Shown: positions 48,332-56,400 of the stretch, one piece after another
How positions within the stretch are numbered: position 1 is the first letter of the stretch
Layout of the letters: each line of letters begins with the position of its first letter
Source of the DNA: Granulicella sp.
GTDB taxonomy: Bacteria > Acidobacteriota > Terriglobia > Terriglobales > Acidobacteriaceae
Direction of reading: 5' to 3'
NCBI GenBank assembly: GCA_003142235.1
Contig: PLOU01000156.1
Location: 1-59,606 of the forward strand
Length of the DNA: 59,606 nt
The notes under the pieces: model-generated
The model's input: the letters and a program-made list of their open reading frames with translations, nothing else
The model's database searches: none
Told to the model about the DNA's origin: nothing
Made by a program: the position numbers and the translations under genes

Positions 48332-48491
48332 ATTGTTTCTGGTTGCGGTAGAAGAGGCCGGCGGCGAGGAAGAGCAGGGCTACGGTGAAGGCGAGTCGTG
48401 CGTGAAGGAGCGCATGGACGTGAAGCTGCACCACGCCGTCCACGATCCAGGCCGCACATCCGACAAACCAGATCCAGGCTGTCTTTCGCAT
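48330..48491 (-). CDS. Small two-TM membrane protein (53 aa)
   Basis: MRKTAWIWFVG...LFYRNQKQ; TACAGT ends 6 nt before the ATG. Confidence 0.6.
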   Translation of the reverse strand: MRKTAWIWFVGCAAWIVDGVVQLHVHALLHARLAFTVALLFLAAGLFYRNQKQ

Positions 48492-48564
48492 TGCTCTACT
48501 GTAGACGGAAGGCGAGCAGGCTTTACACTGGAGACAGCGCATTTTCGCGCAGAGGAGAAGGATT

Positions 48565-48981
48565 TTGTCAGAGAGAACATTCAGCATCATCAAGCCGGAC
48601 GCGGTGCGCAAGGGGGTTACGGCGGCGATTCTGGCGCAGATTGAGAAGGCCGGGTTCAAGATTGTGGCCATCAAGCGGGCGTCGATCTCGCGGGCGCAGG
48701 CCGAGGGTTTTTATGCGGTCCATGCGGGGAAGCCGTTCTTCGCGGGGCTGACGGAGTTCATGAGCTCGGGGCCGATCTTTCCCATGGTGCTGGAGAAGGA
48801 GAACGCAATCGCCGATCTGCGCAAGCTGATGGGTGCGACCAATCCGGCGCAGGCCGAGGAGGGAACGATCCGCAAAAAGTATGCGGAGTCGATCGGCGAG
48901 AACGCGATCCACGGCTCGGACGCGGAGGAGACAGCGGCGTTCGAGATTGGCTACTTCTTCGCGGGGATTGAACTGAAGTAG
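48565..48981 (+). CDS. ndk: Nucleoside diphosphate kinase
   Basis: [14 protein letters not shown] and NAIHGSD motifs; TTG start. Confidence 0.96.
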   Translation: MSERTFSIIKPDAVRKGVTAAILAQIEKAGFKIVAIKRASISRAQAEGFYAVHAGKPFFAGLTEFMSSGPIFPMVLEKENAIADLRKLMGATNPAQAEEGTIRKKYAESIGENAIHGSDAEETAAFEIGYFFAGIELK

Positions 48982-48983
48982 GT

Positions 48984-50366
48984 TCATGGGGTGGGTCCCG
49001 GTTCGGCGGTGACGACGGTTTTGGCGTTGAGGAACTCGCGCATTCCGGCGGCTGAGAGTTCGCGACCGTAGCCGGAGCGCTTGACGCCTCCGAAGGGCAG
49101 GCGGGGATCGCTGGCCACCTGGGCGTTGAAGAAGACGGCGCCGCACTGGAGCGCGGAGGCGAAGCGGCGCTGCTCGTCGCGGCTGGCGGTCCAGACGGAG
49201 GCGGCAAGGCCGAATGGGGTGTCGTTGGCGATGGCAATGGCCTCGTCTATATCGGTGAAGCGGAAGAGCATTGCGACGGGGCCGAAGACCTCCTGGCGAT
49301 AGACCGGCGCGGTGCGGGGAAGGCCGGCGAGGACGGTGGGCTTGTAGAAGTTGCCGCGGCCTGCGATGCGCTCTCCGCCGGTGAGCAGGCGCGCGCCGTC
49401 GCGGATTGCGGTCTGCACCTGGGCGTCGAGTTCGTCGAGCTGCGCACTGGTGGCGAGCGGGCCGATCTGGGTGTCTTCGCGCGTGGGGTCGCCGACCTTC
49501 ATGGCGTCCATGGCGGCGACGAAGCGGGTTTCAAATTCGTCATAGATGGAGTCGGCGACGAGGAAGCGCTTGGCGGCGATGCAGGACTGGCCGCTGTTGA
49601 CGCAGCGGGCGGCGACGGCGGCGGCGATGGCGGTGTCGAGCGAGGCCGAGGGCATGACAATGAAGGGGTCGCTGCCGCCGAGTTCGAGGACGGATTTCTT
49701 GATGAGCCATCCGGCCTGGGCGGCGATGGCGCGGCCAGCGGACTCGCTGCCAGTGACCGTGACGGCGGCGACGCGCTCATCGGCGAGCACCATCTCCACC
49801 TGGCTGGCTTCGATGAGGAGCGTCTGGAAGCTGCCGCGGGGAAAGCCGGCGCGGCGGACGAGGGCTTCGATGGCGAGCGCGCACTGAGGGACGTTGGAGG
49901 CGTGCTTGAGCAGGCCCACGTTGCCCGCCATCAGAGCGGGCGCGAGGAAGCGGAAGACCTGCCAGAAGGGGAAGTTCCAGGGCATCACGGCGAGGATGAC
50001 ACCGAGCGGGTCCCAGCGGACGGTGGCGTCAAGCGGCGGTGCGTCGACCGGTTCCGGCGCGAGGATGCGGGCGGCGTTACCGGCGTAGAAGCGGCAGGCG
50101 GCGGCGCACTTGGCGACTTCGGCGCGGGCCGGCGCGATGGGCTTGCCCATCTCGGTGGTGATGAGCGCGGCGAGGTCTGCGGTCTCGCGGTCCAGAAGGT
50201 GCGCGAGCTTGTTCATGCAGAGCGCGCGATGGGCGAGCGGGATCTCCGCAGTGCGTGCGAACGTGGTTTCGGCGAGAGCGATCTTTTCCAGCAGGGCCTC
50301 GTCGGTCAGTGGGGTGAAGCTGCGCAGCAGAAATCCGGTTGCGGGATTGATGGACTGGATCGGCAT
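48984..50366 (-). CDS. NAD(P)-dependent succinate-semialdehyde dehydrogenase-like ALDH
   Basis: MPWNFP, ELGGSDP, GQSCIA, EVFGP and PFGGVKRSGYGRE motifs. Confidence 0.88.
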   Translation of the reverse strand: MPIQSINPATGFLLRSFTPLTDEALLEKIALAETTFARTAEIPLAHRALCMNKLAHLLDRETADLAALITTEMGKPIAPARAEVAKCAAACRFYAGNAARILAPEPVDAPPLDATVRWDPLGVILAVMPWNFPFWQVFRFLAPALMAGNVGLLKHASNVPQCALAIEALVRRAGFPRGSFQTLLIEASQVEMVLADERVAAVTVTGSESAGRAIAAQAGWLIKKSVLELGGSDPFIVMPSASLDTAIAAAVAARCVNSGQSCIAAKRFLVADSIYDEFETRFVAAMDAMKVGDPTREDTQIGPLATSAQLDELDAQVQTAIRDGARLLTGGERIAGRGNFYKPTVLAGLPRTAPVYRQEVFGPVAMLFRFTDIDEAIAIANDTPFGLAASVWTASRDEQRRFASALQCGAVFFNAQVASDPRLPFGGVKRSGYGRELSAAGMREFLNAKTVVTAEPGPTP

Positions 50367-50550
50367 GGATTGACTCAGAGGCAAGCTTACCAAGAGCGGA
50401 GGGCGCGCGGCGAAGATCGGCCGCTCAGGGCAATCGCGTCCTCAATGCCAGGTCTAAGAATCGAGACGCTTGTTCGTCTCTTGTTCGTCGTCTGTTCGCT
50501 TTTTATTCTTCCCCTCCCCCTGCCATCCCCCCTTGGCGTTAGATTGGTGG

Positions 50551-50937
50551 TAAGTTGTTTGTTATGTGGTGGCTACAGGGATAATACTCATAATGAATAT
50601 GTTAGGAGCAAGTTGCCTGGAATCAATCGGTTGTGCGGGGTGTGGCGGCCAAAATCTTCATTGCATGGAGGTTGTGGCTAAAATTTTCATAACATACGAG
50701 TTATGGGTGGAAATGGCGGATTTAGCGCGGATGGCTCCGGCAAGATATTCATTGCATGGAACTTGCTGGCAAAATACTGATTCGGTGCGGCTTATTCGGT
50801 TCTCCTGAAGTGCAACGGCGCAATAAAGGCAAATACGGAGATTCTGGCTTCGCCAGAATGACGACTTCAGTGGCGGCTGCGCCAGAATGACGACCCGTGT
50901 GGGAGTTGCTGGCAAAACATTGATTCAGTGCGGCTTA
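50551..50937. repeat. Array of degenerate 25-bp YAA-N19-TTR boxes at 29-bp period
   Basis: Boxes start at 50551, 50580, 50609, 50650, 50679, 50741, 50770 and 50913. Confidence 0.75.
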
Positions 50938-51184
50938 TTCGGTTGAGAAAGAACGGCGCGAGCGGCGGTTTCTGCACAGGCTCGATGGAATTGATCCATA
51001 TATTAATTGTAGCAAGCGGAGCATAACTACTATGCCACTTTGGGGAAAGTTATTTCTCTTTTGTTTTCTGTTGGTTGAGGCGATTTTGGTGGGTCGAGGG
51101 GCTTGACACGCGGATTTACGGGGAAATTCGGGAAAAAAATCTTTCGGGCAGGCGGGAGGAGTTAAAGGTAGGACCCACCCTTCG

Positions 51185-51339
51185 CTAGTGTCCTGAGTCT
51201 GAAGTTCGTTGAAGAATAGGTCGGGCCTTCAGCCCTCTGCTTTGTGGCGAAATGTATCCTGGGGCTGCGCCCCAGGCTGGTATAGAGTGGGCCTTTGGCC
51301 CTTGGTTTTGTAATGCGAATTAATGACTCAGGACACTAG
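51185..51339. mobile_element. 155-bp MITE, probably IS630-derived, copy 1
   Basis: 15-bp terminal inverted repeat ctagtgtcctgagtc / gactcaggacactag; inserted in the loop of a REP hairpin. Confidence 0.8.
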
Positions 51340-51609
51340 AAAAAAGCGAAGGATGGGGCACCCGGCACCCGGCTGCATTAGCGAGATGCCCGTGGCTAAA
51401 GCCACAATTCAATCAGGCTGCATTCAGGGGCCTGAAGGCCCCTGCTCCCTCCGGAAAAAGGCAAAGGCAAGTGCTCCGCATTTGTGAGAGAAAGGGGTGG
51501 GCGGTTGGGGTGGGCGCAAGTTCATCGGGGTCCTTCGCGCTCGAAAGACGCGCTCAGGATGACAGCAAGAACAGACAGTGGTCGGAGTTGGAGGTAGACC
51601 CACCCTTCG

Positions 51610-51764
51610 CTAGTGTCCTGAGTCAGAAGTTCGCAAAAGAATAGATCGGGCCTTCAGCCCTCTGCTTTGTGGCGAAATGTATCCTGGGGCTGCGCCCCAG
51701 GCTGGTATAGAGTGGGCCTTTGGCCCTTGGTTTAATGCTGCGAATTAATGACTCAGGACACTAG
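51610..51764. mobile_element. 155-bp MITE, copy 2
   Basis: Near-identical to copy 1 with the same TIRs; terminal CTAG overlaps the stop codon of the next gene. Confidence 0.8.
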
Positions 51765-53353
51765 CGGGGGGCGGTGGGGTATGGCTCTCCGTGGCGGGGG
51801 ACGCGGGTTGGATCGAAGCGGGTGGTTCCTCCGGTGTCCCATGTGGCGCCGGGGGGGACGAGGATGTTGTCGGCGGAGCGTCCGGTGGACTCGCCGGAGC
51901 GCAGCTCGATGCGGCTGGCGTCGATGCCCTTCTCGGCGGTGAGGTACTGACGGACGTTGAGGGCGCGTTCGGCGGATGCCTCGGGGGCCTCCTCGGGACC
52001 GTGCTTGCCGACGACGATGAGGGTGGCGTCGGACTCGCGGTTCATCTCGAGTGCGATGTCGTCGAGGCATCCCTTGGCCTCGTTGTCCACGCGGACGGGG
52101 CGCTTGCGGTCGCGGTCGAAGGAGATGCTGCAGAGGGTGCGCGCGGCGGGTGCGGGCGGCGGCGGCGGGGCGACCACGGTGACGGTGGTGGTGGAGGAGG
52201 CCGATTTGCCGAGGTCGTCTACGACGTTGCAGGTGACGTCGATGATGCCGGGGCTGACGTCGGCGGCGGAGAGGGTGCCGGTGGCCTTGTTGCCGGCGAT
52301 CTGTCCGGCGGTGGTGGCGAAGGAGAAGTTGAGCGGGCGGTTCTGCGGGCTGCGGCCCTCGGAGGTGATGGTGGAGACTCCTCCGGGCAGGATGCTGCTG
52401 GGGTTGGCCGAGCAGGAGATGGTGGGGGGATCGTAGGCCTGGATGCGGAAGCTGGCGGCGCACTCGGCGTGCTGGGTGGGGCGGCTGCCCTCGCTGACGC
52501 GGCCGGTGACGACGTAGTCGCCGGCGGCGAGGTCGGCGGTGGAGATGATGGCGACATCGTCGGTGGCCTCGATCTGGCCTCCGTTGGTCTCCCAGGTGTA
52601 GACGGGCTTCAGCTTTCGACCGGTTTCGAGGTTGATGACGCTTCCGGTGACGGTGATGGGGTCGCCGGGGAAGACAGTGACGGGCTGCACGACGCAGCCA
52701 TAGGCCGCGGGAAGCTCTTCGGTGGACCCGCCAAAGCGGATGACACCGCCGGCGCTGAGGCGGTATGCGGTGATCTTGGCTACTCCGCCGTTGAAGAAGG
52801 TGGGCGCGGTGTTGGGGCCGAAGTTGATGTCGGAGTACTCGATGTCTGCCTGGATGGGGCGGAGGGCGAGGCGATTGTGCAACGGCGCGTATGGCAGGAT
52901 GTAATCGAAGCCGGCGCCGGCGGTGGCGCCGTATCCCCAGGTGCAGGGCTGGACCAGCGGGCCGCCGGCGCGGGCCCCGCCGAAGAGCAGGTGGGCGAAG
53001 GGAACGACTCGGCCGTACTGCCAGCGGACGATGGGGCCGGCCTGGGCGACGTAGGAGCAGTCGTTGGGGCCGTAGGGGGAGGCCGCGCCCTGGATGACGG
53101 CGCCGAAGTGGTTGCCGAAGTAGCCGGCGACGCTGCCGATTCCTCCCTTGACGATGGGCTCGTAGGCGTAGCCGTCGAGGGTGCTGTTGAAGGGATGGAA
53201 GTAGGTGTATCCGCCGAAGAGGTCGGCACGCGATGGGATGGGCGCCTGCGTTCCCGCGGGCGCAGCCTGGGCCGCGGCCGAGAGCGGGACGAGGGCGGCG
53301 GTTGCGGCCAGCAGAAGCGCGCGGACGAGCTTGGATGAGCGCCGGTGCATCAT
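51761..53353 (-). CDS. Outer-membrane protein: beta-barrel-like N-terminus, two Ig/PKD-like domains, OmpA-like C-terminus
   Basis: Signal peptide; amphipathic strands ending YRLSAGGVIRF; CLDDIA...ERALNVRQYL...GIDASRI. Confidence 0.78.
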   Translation of the reverse strand: MMHRRSSKLVRALLLAATAALVPLSAAAQAAPAGTQAPIPSRADLFGGYTYFHPFNSTLDGYAYEPIVKGGIGSVAGYFGNHFGAVIQGAASPYGPNDCSYVAQAGPIVRWQYGRVVPFAHLLFGGARAGGPLVQPCTWGYGATAGAGFDYILPYAPLHNRLALRPIQADIEYSDINFGPNTAPTFFNGGVAKITAYRLSAGGVIRFGGSTEELPAAYGCVVQPVTVFPGDPITVTGSVINLETGRKLKPVYTWETNGGQIEATDDVAIISTADLAAGDYVVTGRVSEGSRPTQHAECAASFRIQAYDPPTISCSANPSSILPGGVSTITSEGRSPQNRPLNFSFATTAGQIAGNKATGTLSAADVSPGIIDVTCNVVDDLGKSASSTTTVTVVAPPPPPAPAARTLCSISFDRDRKRPVRVDNEAKGCLDDIALEMNRESDATLIVVGKHGPEEAPEASAERALNVRQYLTAEKGIDASRIELRSGESTGRSADNILVPPGATWDTGGTTRFDPTRVPRHGEPYPTAPR

Positions 53354-53432
53354 GGTTTCCTCCACATCAGTGTTTCAGACTCCTGCCGAAACGGGTGGAA
53401 CGGGAATCGAGCAAGTTACTCCACCGGTCCGG

Positions 53433-56400
53433 CTACTCCTGGGCCACGGTGAGCGAGACGGAGGTGGATTGCGCAGCCACTCCGCTGACGGTGGTGGTTC
53501 CGGTAATGGGGATGGTGTAGACCTGATTGATGCTGGACAGGCACGCGCAGCCCGCGAGGCTGACGATCGCGGCGGTGCAGCAAAGCGCGAGGAGCAGACG
53601 CAGGTTCGGCGCGCGGCCGGAGCGCGGGCTGCCACGCCTGCGGCGCGAGAAGCCGAAGAAGGCAAGCAGCCCGAAGGGGAAGACGGCGGCAAAGGCGATC
53701 GGCGAGAGGCCGCTGGGCGTTCTGCCGGCGGGAGCGGGAAGCGCGGGAAGGATGAGCCGCGCGTCTGCCAGGGTGGTGGTGACGGTCATGGTGGTGGTGA
53801 CGCTGTCCCCGTTGCCCGTGCCGGTGAGGGTCACGGTGGGGGTGGCGAAGGTGCAGGTGGCATCAGCCGGAAGTCCCGAGCAGGCGAGCGATACCGGGCC
53901 GGCAAAGCCCTGGACCGAGGAGACCGTGACTGCGTAGACCGAGGACCCCGGGCCGCTGATGAACTGGGTTGGCGGAGTGGCGGTGAGGGTGAAGCTGCCG
54001 GTGTTGACGGCCTGGGCGACTGTGCCCGAACTGGAGGCGAAGTCGAGGGTCGCCTGGTAGGTGGCCGTGATGGTGAGAGTGCCTACTAAAAGCGTGGAGG
54101 TGGTGCAGGTGGCGACGCCGGATGAGTTGAGCGTGGCCGCGCAGAGCGGTGTTGTGCCGGTGCCGTTATAGAAGTTGACGGTGGCGGCCGTGACGGGAAC
54201 GCTGGCCCCGTAGGTGACGGCGGCGGTGAAGGTGACGCTGGCGCCCTGGGTGATGGGGGAGGCGGAGGTTGTCACCGTGGTGACGGTGGCGAGCGGCGTG
54301 ATGGCCAGCGTGCCGGGGACGATGGTGACGGTTGCGTAGTTGCCGATGTTCGCGCCCGTGACGGTGGCGGTGATGGGGTAGCTGCCTACGTCAGAGAGGA
54401 CGGTCGCCGTGGTGGCGTAGGTGACGGTGAAGGTGTCGCCGGGGGCCGCTCCGGTGATGGCGCTGGTGAAGGTTGGGTTGGGGGCGGCGTAGGCCCGCGC
54501 CGCGTTATTGACCGTGATCACCAGCGGCGTGGCCAATGGCGTGATGGTGAGCGTGCCGGGCAAGACAGTGACGGAGGTGTAGTTGCTGGCGCTGCTGGAG
54601 ACGACAGCGGTGATGGGGTAGCTGCCAACCGGCGAAGCCGGTGTTGCCGCCGTGCTGTAGACGAGGGTGAAGGTATCGCCGTTGAGCACGCCGGAGGTGT
54701 TGGCGTATGTGAAGGTGGGGTTGGCCGCGCCGTATGCTCTGGACACGCTATTGACCGTGAGCGTTACCGCCGACGCCAACGTAATCGTCAGTGTGCCATC
54801 CACTGGACTCAGCGTATAGTTCCCCGCAGCCGGGCCGAAGCTGGACGGCGTGATCGCGTAGCTGCCCACCGGAGAGGCGATCGTCGCCACAGTCGAGCAA
54901 GTGAACGTCACGTTGTCGCCATTGAGCAGACCGCTGTCCGAATAGCCGAACGCGGGATTGGCAGTGCCGTACTGCCTGCTGGCGCTGGAGCACGTCACTT
55001 GCAATGCCACCGGCGTGATGGTGAGCGTGCCGGGCAAGACAGTGACGGAGGTGTAGTTGCTGGCGCTGCTGGAGACGACAGCGGTGATGGGGTAGCTGCC
55101 GACGGGAGATGCTATGGTTGCCGCCGTGCTGTAGACGAGGGTGAAGGTATCGCCGTTGAGCACGCCGGAGGTGTTGGCGTATGTGAAGGTGGGGTTGGCC
55201 GCGCCGTATGCTCTGGACACGCTATTGACCGTGAGCGTTACCGCCGCCGCCGGCGTAATCGTCAGCAATCCCGAAACGACGGTCACGCTCCCATAGTTGC
55301 TGAGGTTCGATCCGCCCGTAATGCTTGCGTTGATCGCATATTGCCCGACCGGAGAGTTCAGCACCGCTGGCGTCGTGTAGGTGAGAAGGAACGTGTCGCC
55401 GTTGAGCGCGCCGCTGATGGTGCTGGTGAAGGTTGGATTGGGCGTGCCGTAGGGTCGGCTGACGCTGTTGACGGTGATCGTCACCGCCGACGCCGGCGTG
55501 ATGGTCAGCGTACCCTGCACCGCGGTCAGGCTGTAGTTGGCCGCAGCCGGGCCGGAGATGGACGGAATGATCGCATAGCCGCCGACCGGAGAGGCGATCG
55601 TCGCCGCGGTCGAGCAAGTGACCGTCACGTTGTCGCCATTGAGCAGTCCGCCGATCGTATAGCCGAATGTTGGATTGGCAGTGCCGTACTGCCTGCTGGT
55701 GCTGTTGCATGAAACGACCAGGGCCGTCGTTGCCGGTGTAATCGACAACGTACCGGAGACAACCTGAATGCTGGAGTAGTTGCTCAGGTTCGCGCCCGAG
55801 ATGCTTCCGTTGATGGCGTAGTTCCCGACCGGCGATGGAATCGTGGCCGACGTCGAGTAGGTGATGTTGAAGGTGTCGCCGGGCGCCTCGCCGGTGATGG
55901 TGCTGGAGAAGGGCGGGTTGGATGTGTCGTACGGGCGGCTGGCGTTATTGACCGTAATGATCAGGGGCGTCGCCGACTGCGTGATGGTGAGCGTGCCGAA
56001 ATTGATGATCACGTTGTAGTCGGCGATGTTTGCGCCGGTGACATTCGCGGTGATGGTATAGGTCCCGACCGGCGAGAGCGTCGTCGCCGAGATCGAGCAG
56101 CTGACGTTGATGACGTCGTTGTTGACCACGCCGCTGATGGTCCAGCCGCATGTGGGATTGGGCGCGCCATACTGACGCGTGTAGCTATTCACGTTGATCG
56201 TCAGCGGGGCCTTGGTGACATTCAGGGTGGTGGTTCCGGTCACCGATGTGTAATACGAGTTGGTGGAGGTGAAGGTGAAGTTGACGGGGTAAGTGCCGAC
56301 GGGCAGGCCGCTCGGGTTCGCGTTGCATGTGATTGTGCCCGCCGATGCGTTGCTTATCGAGGTCTGGCAGAGAATCTGGCTGCCGTAGTAGAAGACGATC

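Noticed and set aside
50566-50915. Small ORFs 50566..50808 and 50658..50915
   Set aside because: They translate the repeat array and REP sequence; no RBS and no typical codon bias.
50551-50937. CRISPR array
   Set aside because: Units are degenerate, spacers are only 4 bp, there are no unique 30-40-bp spacers and no cas genes in the window.
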